A stretch of 64,000 bases of DNA. It comes from Verrucomicrobiota bacterium (GTDB lineage: Bacteria > Verrucomicrobiota > Verrucomicrobiia > Limisphaerales > CANJXF01). The translations under genes were made by a program, and so were the position numbers. Below are positions 55,159-64,000 of this stretch, in pieces. The notes under the pieces were generated by a model. That model ran no database searches and was not told the DNA's origin. It worked only from the letters and a program-made list of their open reading frames with translations. The stretch is from assembly GCA_038214755.1 (NCBI GenBank), contig JBBQRQ010000006.1, positions 26,142-90,141 on the forward strand. Direction: 5' to 3'. How positions within the stretch are numbered: the first letter of the stretch is position 1; each line of letters opens with the position of its first letter.

Positions 55159-56337
55159 ATGGGAATGTGGATTGGCCGAAATCGAAAAGCCCGCGTCACT
55201 TATGGATTTGACGAAATCGCGCTCGTGCCGGGCGAAGTGACCATCAACCCAGCGGAGGTCGATACGACATTTAAAATTCCGCGCAAAGACGGCAGCGCGA
55301 TTGAATTGAAAATCCCCATCATCGCCAGCGCGATGGATGGCGTGACCGATGTGCGGTTCTGCATCGAGATGGGAAAGCTCGGCGGACTTGGCGTGATCAA
55401 TCTCGAAGGGGTGCAAACGCGTTACGAAAATCCGCGCGAAGTTTTGGAGAAAGTGGTTAACGCGAATAAAGACGAAGTCACCACCCTGATCCAAAAACTT
55501 TATCTCGAACCGATCAAAGAAGAATTGATCGCCAGGCGCGTGCAGGAATTGAAAGCCGCCGGTGTGCTCGCGGCCGTTAGTTCCATTCCGCAAAAGGCCG
55601 AGCGATTTGGTTGCATCGCGCAGGAAGCCGGCGCGGATATTTTCATCGTGCAATCGACTGTTGCCGCCGTGCGACACGTTTCCACGCAATACAAAATGTT
55701 CGACCTCGGCGCCTTCACCAGGATGTTGAATATTCCGGTCATCATTGGAAACGCCGTCACTTACAACGTCACACTGGAACTGATGCAAAGTGGTGTGGCG
55801 GGAGTTTTGATTGGCGTCGGACCGGGCGCGGCTTGCACGAGTCGCGGCGTTCTCGGACTTGGTGTTCCACAAGTGACGGCGACGGTTGACTGTGCTGCAG
55901 CGCGCGATGCCTTTCACAAAAAAACCGGGATATATATTCCCATTATCACCGACGGAGGCATGAGCAAAGGAGGCGACGTTTGCAAAGCGCTCGCGTGTGG
56001 TTCGGATGCTGTCATGGTCGGCAGCGCCTTCGCTCGCGCGGAAGAAGCGCCCGGCAAAGGAAATCATTGGGGCATGGCGACACCTCACGCGAATCTGCCG
56101 CGCGGCACGCGAATAAAAGTCGGCGTGACGGGTTCGCTCAAACAAATTCTCTACGGCCCGGCGACGGTGGATGACGGCTCGCAAAATCTCGTCGGCGCAA
56201 TCACGACTTGCATGGGCAACGTCGGCGCGGCGAGTATCCGCCAATTTCAGGAAACGGAAATCATCATCGCGCCGAGCATCAAGACGGAAGGGAAATTATT
56301 TCAAACGGTGCAGAGTGTGGGAATGGGGACGCGATAG
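55159..56337 (+). CDS. GuaB3-family IMP dehydrogenase-related protein
   Basis: YGFDEIALVP, ASAMDGV, GVGPGAACTSRGVLG, HWGMATP..NLPRGTRI. Confidence 0.92.
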   Translation: MGMWIGRNRKARVTYGFDEIALVPGEVTINPAEVDTTFKIPRKDGSAIELKIPIIASAMDGVTDVRFCIEMGKLGGLGVINLEGVQTRYENPREVLEKVVNANKDEVTTLIQKLYLEPIKEELIARRVQELKAAGVLAAVSSIPQKAERFGCIAQEAGADIFIVQSTVAAVRHVSTQYKMFDLGAFTRMLNIPVIIGNAVTYNVTLELMQSGVAGVLIGVGPGAACTSRGVLGLGVPQVTATVDCAAARDAFHKKTGIYIPIITDGGMSKGGDVCKALACGSDAVMVGSAFARAEEAPGKGNHWGMATPHANLPRGTRIKVGVTGSLKQILYGPATVDDGSQNLVGAITTCMGNVGAASIRQFQETEIIIAPSIKTEGKLFQTVQSVGMGTR

Positions 56338-56615
56338 AATATTTTATAGTGAAAACCATGCCGACGCCCGCGCCGCTGAATGTTGCCAGACCATTAAACG
56401 CCTGAGGTAAACCATATGGGGCGACATTTTATCCGTGTGCTTGACCTTCCAGATAAATACATGAGGTTAGGTTTCTGCTTGGGGATTACACAGGGGTCAC
56501 TAGTATGAATACTCAACTCGGTTCCGGAAGGCCAGCATATCGTTATAATGAATCAATAAAACCAGTCCCCCTGTAAATCTGTGAAAACGCGCAATTCCTA
56601 TCCCCGCTTCTAGCT

Positions 56616-57554
56616 ATGTGGCATCTATTCGCCAGAGCGGTTAGTATTGGGACAATTCTGATCATTGCTTATGGAACCCAAGCGCAAAACCTGTTTGTGT
56701 CATATTTGAGCAATGGCAGGATTAATCAATTCACTCCGGGCGGGGTGGAAAGTGCTTTTGCCTCCGGGTCTGGCACTTGGGGACTGGCCTTTAACAATGC
56801 AGGCGATCTGTTTGAGGCATCCAATAGCAAAGGGAATATCTATAAATTTAAGAATAATAACGGTGCGTTAAGCTCAATTCCAACGCTTTTCGCTTCGGGA
56901 TTGAATGGGCCACAGGAACTGGCATTTGACAGCGCAGGCAATCTGTTTGTTTCGAATGCGCAATATGGCGATATCTATAAGATTACGTCGGCGGGAGTGA
57001 TTAGCACTTTTGCCTCCGGATTGAGTTGGCCCGAGGGACTTGCGTTTAACAGGGCAGGCGACCTGTTTGAAGCAGATTGGGATAGTGGCCACATTTATAA
57101 ATTTACGCCCGATGGAGTGCGAAGCACCTTTGCCTCCGGTGTCTACGGTTCGATTGCCCTAGCCTTTGACAGCGCTGGCGATCTGTTTGCGGCCAATCAA
57201 ACTTACAATAACATTACTAAATTTGCGCCAGACGGAACACAAAGCCTCTTTGCATCTGGTTTGAATGTACCCGCTCATCTGGCCTTTGATAATGCGGGCG
57301 AGCTATTTGTGTCGGAGACCGATAATGGCAGAATCATCAAGTTCATGCCCGACGGAACACAAAGCACCTTCGCCGACGGGCTAAATGAACCTCTTGGACT
57401 TGCTTTCCAACCAGTGCCTGAACCATCAAGTTCTTGGATGTTGGTCCTTGGCGCTCCCGTCTTCCTCGCCTTCAGACATCGGTTACCGCATCGCCTCAGG
57501 CAGCCTTCCGAAGTCAAAAAAATATTTTTTTTGGAATCCTATCCTCCCCGGTGA
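56616..57554 (+). CDS. NHL-repeat beta-propeller protein with PEP-CTERM sorting signal
   Basis: Six ~38-aa FASGL..P.GLAFD.AGDLF-type repeats; PVPEPSS + TM + basic tail. Confidence 0.88.
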   Translation: MWHLFARAVSIGTILIIAYGTQAQNLFVSYLSNGRINQFTPGGVESAFASGSGTWGLAFNNAGDLFEASNSKGNIYKFKNNNGALSSIPTLFASGLNGPQELAFDSAGNLFVSNAQYGDIYKITSAGVISTFASGLSWPEGLAFNRAGDLFEADWDSGHIYKFTPDGVRSTFASGVYGSIALAFDSAGDLFAANQTYNNITKFAPDGTQSLFASGLNVPAHLAFDNAGELFVSETDNGRIIKFMPDGTQSTFADGLNEPLGLAFQPVPEPSSSWMLVLGAPVFLAFRHRLPHRLRQPSEVKKIFFLESYPPR

Positions 57555-57806
57555 AAAATCGCCCTGTCTTAAACTGATTCACCAATTCATCCATCGTTAT
57601 CAGATATAATACATCTTCTCTTTCGCCACGCCCGCATCAAGCAGTTGTCGGAAATTAATTCCCTCGGCGGTGTCGTCCAAGCGTTTTGCGAAAGACGAGA
57701 TAAGAACTATGCGTGTAAAATTAAGTCGCGCTTCAGGCCAACCGACAAAATGATTTTTATCGAACCACAAATTGCCGCCCCTTCACCTCTTCGGTAAAAT
57801 CGTCTC

Positions 57807-58421
57807 GTGCAAAAGAACCGGCTCGAAGCCTTCAGCGACGGCGTGCTCGCCATTATCATCACCATCATGGTGCTGGAATTGAAAGTGCCACACGCGGCTG
57901 AACTTTCCGATTTGAAACCGGTGCTGCCGGTGCTCTTGAGTTACGTTTTGAGTTTCCTCTACGTCGGCATTTATTGGAACAACCATCATCATATGTTCCA
58001 TTCCACCCAATACGTCACTGGCGGGATCCTGTGGGCGAACCTGCACCTGTTGTTCTGGCTGTCGCTCTTTCCTTTCACCACAGGATGGATGGGTGAAAAC
58101 CATCTGGCTCCCACGCCCACCGCCGTCTATGGCTTTGTCCTGCTGATGGCGGCAATCGCATATTATATTTTGCAACGCACCATCATCTGGCAGCAAGGAC
58201 GCGACTCCCTGCTCAAAGCGGCGATTGGCGAAGACTGGAAAGGAAAACTCTCGCCCGTGCTCTATCTCATCGCCATTCCGCTCGCGTTCGTCAGTCCGTG
58301 GATTGCCAGCGGCCTGTATGTATTCGTTGCACTCATGTGGCTTGTTCCCGACCGCCGTATCGAGCGCGTGCTGATCAAGCGAGAGAAGAGCAAACGATTC
58401 AATCCAGATGAACGGCGCTGA
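57807..58421 (+). CDS. TMEM175-family (DUF1211) potassium channel
   Basis: RLEAFSDGVLAIIITIMVLE, YWNNHHH. Confidence 0.93.
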   Translation: MQKNRLEAFSDGVLAIIITIMVLELKVPHAAELSDLKPVLPVLLSYVLSFLYVGIYWNNHHHMFHSTQYVTGGILWANLHLLFWLSLFPFTTGWMGENHLAPTPTAVYGFVLLMAAIAYYILQRTIIWQQGRDSLLKAAIGEDWKGKLSPVLYLIAIPLAFVSPWIASGLYVFVALMWLVPDRRIERVLIKREKSKRFNPDERR

Positions 58422-58498
58422 AGTCGGTTTAAAAGTTATTGTCGAAAATTTCTGTCAACGCCCAACGAGAACGACACCGACAAAATAAATCGAGGCTC

Positions 58499-58957
58499 TC
58501 AATATTTGAAAAATCGTTCGACTCCCGGTTGAAAGCTGTCGTGAAAAACTGAATACCGCCGGGCGGTATTAGCTCGATCAATGATACTGCCATTAACCCT
58601 AAAGTCTTCCAATACTATCCGGAGCAGCCGCTCGGCAGCTTTGTTGGCGGCACGTTGGGCGTCCGCAGAAGTAGAGCCGATGACAAAAATGTGAATTAGC
58701 GTCCCGTTGGTAGTAACTGGAATTCCTGGACTCGGAACGCTGAATATCGGAGTCACTTCCAATCGGAGAACTCCTGGAATGGTCTTACTCACGTGCTCTT
58801 CGAAGGACCGCGTGAAAACAGCATTTGTATAAGCTCGGACGAGAACTATTGATTGCGCGCGGTAGCGAGAACTCCCAGACAAGGCAATACCGCAAATGGC
58901 GATCCCTAGCGCGACGCATAAAAATGCGAACAATAAGCGTCTCGATTTAGTTGTCAT
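58499..58957 (-). CDS. Hypothetical exported protein
   Basis: 152-aa ORF with N-terminal TM, directly after the RND gene. Confidence 0.55.
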   Translation of the reverse strand: MTTKSRRLLFAFLCVALGIAICGIALSGSSRYRAQSIVLVRAYTNAVFTRSFEEHVSKTIPGVLRLEVTPIFSVPSPGIPVTTNGTLIHIFVIGSTSADAQRAANKAAERLLRIVLEDFRVNGSIIDRANTARRYSVFHDSFQPGVERFFKY

Positions 58958-58969
58958 AGCACGAAATAA

Positions 58970-61900
58970 TCACACCTTTACCGTCGGTTCCGCGATAATT
59001 TTTTCAGGCGTAACTTTTTTGCGCTGCCAGTTCCAAAATCGTCCTGAACCTAAATCGTCGAAGATCGAATAGCTGATCGGCGTCACGAGCAACGTCAGCA
59101 ACAGACAAAGCATTTGCCCGCCGATAATTACTTCCGCCATGGCCGCACGACCTGCCGCTCCTGGCCCTTTTCCCAACGCGATTGGAATCATCGAGGCGAC
59201 GAGCATGATGGTCGTCATCAGAATCGGGCGAAGCCGAACACGGTTGGCCTGGACGATCGCTTCGTCTCGCTCCATTCCTCGAGCGCGCAGCGTATTCGTA
59301 TAATCGATTTGCAGAATTCCGTTTTTCTTCACGATGCCGAAGAGCATGAACAAACCGAAGATGGCGTAAATGTTCAAAGGTTGATTGAGCAAAATCATGG
59401 TCAGCAACGCGAAGGGAAGCGACAGCGGCACCGCGAGCATGATGGAAATCGGGTGAATGAAATGTTCAAATTGCGCCGCCAAAATCATGTACACGAAAAT
59501 CATCGCCAGCCCGAATGCGACGAGAAAATTGTGCAGGGTCTCGTCCAGTTGCTTCGCCCGTCCGGTGAAAATGACTTGGTAATCGAGCGGTAAATTTTCT
59601 TCAGCGATGACTTTTTTCACCGAGGCAATGGCGTCGCCCAGCGCGTAAGTCGGATCGATGTTGGCCACCACTGTCACTTTTCGCTGGCGTTGAAAGCGGT
59701 CGATTTGATTTGGCCCGCGCGCTTCGCGCAATTTCACAAAGTTGGAGAGTTGCACAAGATTGGCGGGAGCATTTGTCGCCGGTGAACGAACGCGCAGCAT
59801 GATTTGATCAAGCGCTTCTTCCGTGTTGCGGCCTTCAGGCGACGCGCGTAACCACACATCATATTGATCGTCGTTTTCCTTGAACGTGCCTTGAATTTCC
59901 CCGCCGACCAGTGTGCGCAAAGTCCCGGCGATGTCCGTAATGCGCAAACCAAACTGACTGGCTTTGTCGCGATCAATGTGAACCTGCAATTCCGGTTTTC
60001 GGTTGGACAAAGTTGTATCCATGTCCACCAGTTTTTTGTTGGCGCGGAGTTTGGCGATGATGTTGGCCGCGTAGCTGGTCAGCTTATCGAGGTCGGGGCC
60101 GAGCAAATTAAATTGCAAATCTGAACTGCGCCCGCCGCCGCCGATGTTGGAAATATTTTGCACGCTGGCGCGAACGTCGGGATAGTCCGCAAGAATTTTT
60201 CGCGCGCGAGCCATCACTTCAAACTGCGACCAGTGTCGCGTCTTGCCGAGAAGCGTTTCCCAAAAACCGCCCAACTCCGGCAGACGACAATAAACGTTCG
60301 CGACCGTCACATCGCCTTCGCCTTTGCCGACGCGTCCCGAAGTGTCACCGACCGTCACGAGCGTATCGGTCACGGCCTGCTGATTATTTAATTTTACGGA
60401 TTTTAATTTCCGCTCGATTTGCGCGCAGATTGCAGCGGTGCGTTCGAGCGTGGAACCTTCGGGCGACTGCAAAGAAATTTCAAATTCACTGCGGTCATCC
60501 TGCGGAATGAAAGTGAACTTTGTGAATTTTCCTAAAAAGTAAGTCGAACTCATCACGCACAAACTCACGACGACAATGACCCAGCGATGGCGCAGACTCC
60601 AAGTCAGCACGTTCGTATAAAAATTTGAAAGCCAATGCATCAACCACCCGCCGTGCGCTTTTTTCTCGCGGTCTTTTTCGTTCTTCGCATGGCGCAAAAA
60701 CCGCGACGCGAGCATCGGCGTCAACGTGAACGAAATGAAAAGTGAAACCATGATCGCGAACGCGACTGTTACGCCATAGCTCGAGAAAAACATTCCGGTG
60801 CGTCCTTTCATGAACGCGAGCGGGAGAAAAATCACGACAAGTGAAAGTGTCGTTGCCATGACGGCCAGAGCAATTTCGCGCGTGGCGATTCCAGCGGCTT
60901 GCAGCGCGGTCCAATTTTTTTCCTCCATCGTGCGATGAATGTTTTCCAAAACAACAATCGCGTCGTCAATGACAATGCCGACGGAGAAGACGAGTCCGAG
61001 CATCGTGAAATTGTTGAGGGTGTAATTCATCACGCGCATCAAGGCGAACGTGGCGACAATCGACGCGGGAATGGCGACCGACGCGATGACGGTTCCGCGC
61101 CAATCGTGAAGAAAAAAGAAAACGGTGAGCGCGACAAGAACCGCTCCGATAAATAAATGCAAACTGACTTCGTGCAACGAACGATTGATGAAAGTGGATT
61201 GATCGCGAATGACGACGATTTTGAAATCTGGCGGCAGAACGGATTTCAATTCTTCGAGCCGTTTTTTTACACCATCGATCAGCGTGACCGTATTCGCGCC
61301 GGATTGTTTTTGGACGACGAGCGTGATCGCGTTGATGCTATTCAAGCGCGAGAGCGAACGCGGTTCTTCGATGGAATCAGAAATTTTCGCGATGTCTTTC
61401 AGATAAATCGGTTGCCCGCCGACATTGGAAACGATGAGGTTATTAAAATCTTTTACCTGCCGCATTCGACCGAGAGTTCGCAAGACCAATTCGCGCGAAC
61501 CTTGCTCGACGCGACCGCCGGGCACTTCGATATTTTGCAACTGGAGCGCAGTGGAAACGTCTTCGATGGTCAAATTCCGCGCGCGTAATTTCGCGATATC
61601 GACCGTCACTTGCACTGCGCGAGTGCGCGAGCCGACCATGTTGACCGCGCCGACATCGGGAACGGTTTCGAGATTTTCCTTAATTTGTTTTTCGGTGATA
61701 TAGCTGATTTCCTTCAAGTCGCGCGGGGCGCTGACGCTGATGGACATGACGGGAACGGAATCCAAATCAAATTTGTCGATGATGGGCGTCTGGGTGCCGG
61801 GCGGCAGTTGCGAGAGAATGGTGTTCACTTTGTCGCGGACATCTTGCGCGGCGATGTCGCGATTTCGTTCGAGGAGGAATTGCACTGTGATACGCGACAC

Positions 61901-62212
61901 TCCTTCGAGGGTGATGCTGTTCAATTCGTCGATTCCTTGAACGGTGTTGATGATTTCTTCGAGCGGTTTGGTCACGCTGGTTTCCATTTCCTCGGGCGAC
62001 GCGCCGCGCAACGTGGTTGTCACGGTAACAATCGGCAGTTCGACATTGGGAAATTGGTCAACGCCGATTTGTTGAAAGGAAAAAAAACCGAGCACCACGA
62101 ATAGCAAATTCATCATCGTCGCGAACACCGGGCGCTTGATGCATAAATCCGCGATACCCAAACCTTTTTCGGTTGGCGGCGGTGAGGGCGTGTTCTTTTC
62201 TGGAGCAGACAT
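58970..62212 (-). CDS. RND efflux permease (AcrB/MdtB-like)
   Basis: IKRPVFA, GASPEEME, GIVIDDAIVVLENI, GIVKKNGIL, RLRPILMTT. Confidence 0.96.
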   Translation of the reverse strand: MSAPEKNTPSPPPTEKGLGIADLCIKRPVFATMMNLLFVVLGFFSFQQIGVDQFPNVELPIVTVTTTLRGASPEEMETSVTKPLEEIINTVQGIDELNSITLEGVSRITVQFLLERNRDIAAQDVRDKVNTILSQLPPGTQTPIIDKFDLDSVPVMSISVSAPRDLKEISYITEKQIKENLETVPDVGAVNMVGSRTRAVQVTVDIAKLRARNLTIEDVSTALQLQNIEVPGGRVEQGSRELVLRTLGRMRQVKDFNNLIVSNVGGQPIYLKDIAKISDSIEEPRSLSRLNSINAITLVVQKQSGANTVTLIDGVKKRLEELKSVLPPDFKIVVIRDQSTFINRSLHEVSLHLFIGAVLVALTVFFFLHDWRGTVIASVAIPASIVATFALMRVMNYTLNNFTMLGLVFSVGIVIDDAIVVLENIHRTMEEKNWTALQAAGIATREIALAVMATTLSLVVIFLPLAFMKGRTGMFFSSYGVTVAFAIMVSLFISFTLTPMLASRFLRHAKNEKDREKKAHGGWLMHWLSNFYTNVLTWSLRHRWVIVVVSLCVMSSTYFLGKFTKFTFIPQDDRSEFEISLQSPEGSTLERTAAICAQIERKLKSVKLNNQQAVTDTLVTVGDTSGRVGKGEGDVTVANVYCRLPELGGFWETLLGKTRHWSQFEVMARARKILADYPDVRASVQNISNIGGGGRSSDLQFNLLGPDLDKLTSYAANIIAKLRANKKLVDMDTTLSNRKPELQVHIDRDKASQFGLRITDIAGTLRTLVGGEIQGTFKENDDQYDVWLRASPEGRNTEEALDQIMLRVRSPATNAPANLVQLSNFVKLREARGPNQIDRFQRQRKVTVVANIDPTYALGDAIASVKKVIAEENLPLDYQVIFTGRAKQLDETLHNFLVAFGLAMIFVYMILAAQFEHFIHPISIMLAVPLSLPFALLTMILLNQPLNIYAIFGLFMLFGIVKKNGILQIDYTNTLRARGMERDEAIVQANRVRLRPILMTTIMLVASMIPIALGKGPGAAGRAAMAEVIIGGQMLCLLLTLLVTPISYSIFDDLGSGRFWNWQRKKVTPEKIIAEPTVKV

Positions 62213-62273
62213 TCGAGAATTATTTACGCGTGAGGATGAATGAATCTCTAATTCGTTTGCATTCGGTATCTCA

Positions 62274-63650
62274 TTAGCACCGTGGCTTTAGCCCGGTGGA
62301 AGCGAGGGGAAAATGAGTCCCAGCCGTTTCAACGGCTTCGGTCGCTGGAGAAAAGCCGTTAAAACGGCTAAGATTTACGCCGCACGTTAACCACCGGGCT
62401 AAAGCCACGGTGCTAATGAGATAAAACCGAGAATTTAAATGCGTCTGTTCGGATTTATCATGCGCGGTGCGAATGAGGGTTGACCACCGGGCAAAAGCCG
62501 CGGTGCTAATGAGATGAGCGGGCGAATTGAGACGCGTCTGCCCTGATTTATCAGCCGGCTGTTCTTCTTTTTTCACCTGCACTTTCGAGCCGTCATGAAG
62601 TTTCGTTTGACCGGTCAAGACCACCGTCTCACCGGGATTCAATCCGGAATGAATTTCCTGGAAACCATTTTTAATTCTCCCCACCTGCACCTCGCGCGCG
62701 TGAGCAGTTCCATTTTCGACGACGAAAATTTTCGTGACCCCGGCGAAATTCATCACTGCATCGAGCGGGACAACTTGGGTGAAAACATTTTTTTCCAGAA
62801 TCAATTCCCCGCGCGCAAAAGTGTTGGCGCGCAATTTTCGTTCGGAATTTTGCACCAGCGCGCCGAAAGCAAACGCCCGCGTCGTGGTGTTGACTTGGGG
62901 GCTGATGAGAAAAACTTTGCCCTCAAATTGGTTTGTTGGAAAAGCATCAACAGTGAAGACAACCGGCTGCTCTTTTTTGACAAGACCGGCGTAACTTTCC
63001 GGCGCCTGGACGATGAATTTGAGAACCCCGTCGTTCACGAGGCGAAAAAGCGGCGTCCCGATTTTCATGTAATCGCCGACGCTGGCGATGCGCTCGGCAA
63101 TCGCGCCATCAAAAGGCGCGCGCACGTGCGAATGTTCCAGATTCAATTTCGCAATCACCAACGCCGCTTCGGCCGCTTTGATATCCGCTTCCGCTTGCCC
63201 CGCATCATTGATGGCTTTGTCCAATTCGCTCTGCGGAGAAATTTTCTCTTTTTGCAACGTTTGTGCCCGACTCAAATTTTGCTGAGCGTTCGTCGCGTTG
63301 GCGTTCGCTCGAGCGAGATTGGCTTCCGCTTGTTGGGCGAGCGCTTCGTAAGTCTTCGTGTCGATCAAGGCGAGTTCCTGTCCAGCCGTCACGCGATCGC
63401 CGAAATCCACTTTGGTTTTTTCAACCTGCCCTTCGACTTGCGCGGCGACCGTCGCTTCGTCTTTGGCAAAAAGTGTTCCGACGATCGGAAGAGTGCGATC
63501 CATTGGAATTGTTTTCACCGTCGCCACCGTCACAGGAATTGCGTCGTCACGAATCTGTTTTGCGTCTTTGACCGGTTCGCGTTTGGAGCACGAAACAAAA
63601 ATCAACAAGCTGGCGAGAAGCAACGGAACGATTCCGGAATGCAATTTCAT
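62274..63650 (-). CDS. RND periplasmic adaptor (MFP) with repeat-derived C-terminal tail
   Basis: Lipobox FVSC, lipoyl halves (VDFGDRVTAGQEL / VRAPFDGAI), GLNPGETVV. Confidence 0.92.
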   Translation of the reverse strand: MKLHSGIVPLLLASLLIFVSCSKREPVKDAKQIRDDAIPVTVATVKTIPMDRTLPIVGTLFAKDEATVAAQVEGQVEKTKVDFGDRVTAGQELALIDTKTYEALAQQAEANLARANANATNAQQNLSRAQTLQKEKISPQSELDKAINDAGQAEADIKAAEAALVIAKLNLEHSHVRAPFDGAIAERIASVGDYMKIGTPLFRLVNDGVLKFIVQAPESYAGLVKKEQPVVFTVDAFPTNQFEGKVFLISPQVNTTTRAFAFGALVQNSERKLRANTFARGELILEKNVFTQVVPLDAVMNFAGVTKIFVVENGTAHAREVQVGRIKNGFQEIHSGLNPGETVVLTGQTKLHDGSKVQVKKEEQPADKSGQTRLNSPAHLISTAAFARWSTLIRTAHDKSEQTHLNSRFYLISTVALARWLTCGVNLSRFNGFSPATEAVETAGTHFPLASTGLKPRC

Positions 63651-64000
63651 TTGGCCAAAACCGCAGTGGGTTCTGGGCTGGAGTTCTTCACTTTGGTTTT
63701 GCGTGAAAAAATTCGCTCCGACAAATCACTGAAGACGGTGTAAACGACGGGGATGACGAGCAGTGTCAAGAAGGTGCTCGTCAACATCCCGCCGACCACG
63801 GCGACGCCCATCGGACGGCGACTTTCGGCTCCCGCACCGAAGCCAATCGCAATCGGCAGAATTCCCGCGATGGTGGAAAATGCGGTCATTAAAATTGGCC
63901 GGAGACGAACGATGCCCGCCTGCAACATGGCGTCGTGGGCACTGGCTCCTTTTTCACGTTGTTGATTGGCAAATTCCACGAGGAGAATTGAATTCTTTGT
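63647..64000 (-). CDS. Second RND permease, C-terminal part (runs off the window)
   Basis: KNSILLVEFA, RLRPILMT, PMGVAVVGGMLTSTFLTLLVIP. Confidence 0.93.
   Translation of the reverse strand, partial: TKNSILLVEFANQQREKGASAHDAMLQAGIVRLRPILMTAFSTIAGILPIAIGFGAGAESRRPMGVAVVGGMLTSTFLTLLVIPVVYTVFSDLSERIFSRKTKVKNSSPEPTAVLAK

Noticed and set aside
62595..63743. Long antisense ORFs (e.g. 62595-63743, 55066-56244, 47004-47948, 39466-40305, 27782-28585)
   Set aside because: They are shadow frames opposite well-supported genes, with no motifs of their own.

Overview
Bacterial chromosome segment, most likely Verrucomicrobiota/PVC. This is inferred from the DUF1592/DUF1552 genes, PVC-type heme-binding proteins, a PEP-CTERM protein and a GuaB3-type gene. 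Housekeeping genes (pheS, rpsT, ppaC, pckG, nagB, hpt, moaDE, tRNA-Arg) are interspersed with many GTAG/GGAG-type REP-like palindromes, 7-9 bp tandem repeats and several toxin-antitoxin modules. The centrepiece is a complete type II-C CRISPR-Cas locus: cas9, tracrRNA, cas1, cas2 and a 5-repeat/4-spacer array read on the minus strand. Its non-coding architecture is unusual in three ways. (1) An orphan degenerate repeat sits in the cas9 5' leader (17268-17303) and keeps almost exactly the part that pairs with the tracrRNA anti-repeat, which begins just after the cas9 stop codon on the same strand. The cas9 ORF is therefore bracketed by repeat and anti-repeat, like a single-guide RNA with cas9 in its loop. 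(2) A second tracr-complementary patch abuts the cas9 start codon. (3) The array leader is a perfect 27-bp inverted repeat abutting the first repeat, with an anti-repeat-like 12-mer in its loop, directly downstream of a co-oriented hicBA pair. Together these suggest RNA-level autoregulation of Cas9 and crRNA production; this is a hypothesis. Other points of note are a six-layer nested REP hairpin, REPs translated in frame inside several proteins, and a DUF1592/DUF1552 pair apparently split by a ~35.6 kb inversion. All product calls come from motif recognition by eye; no searches were run.
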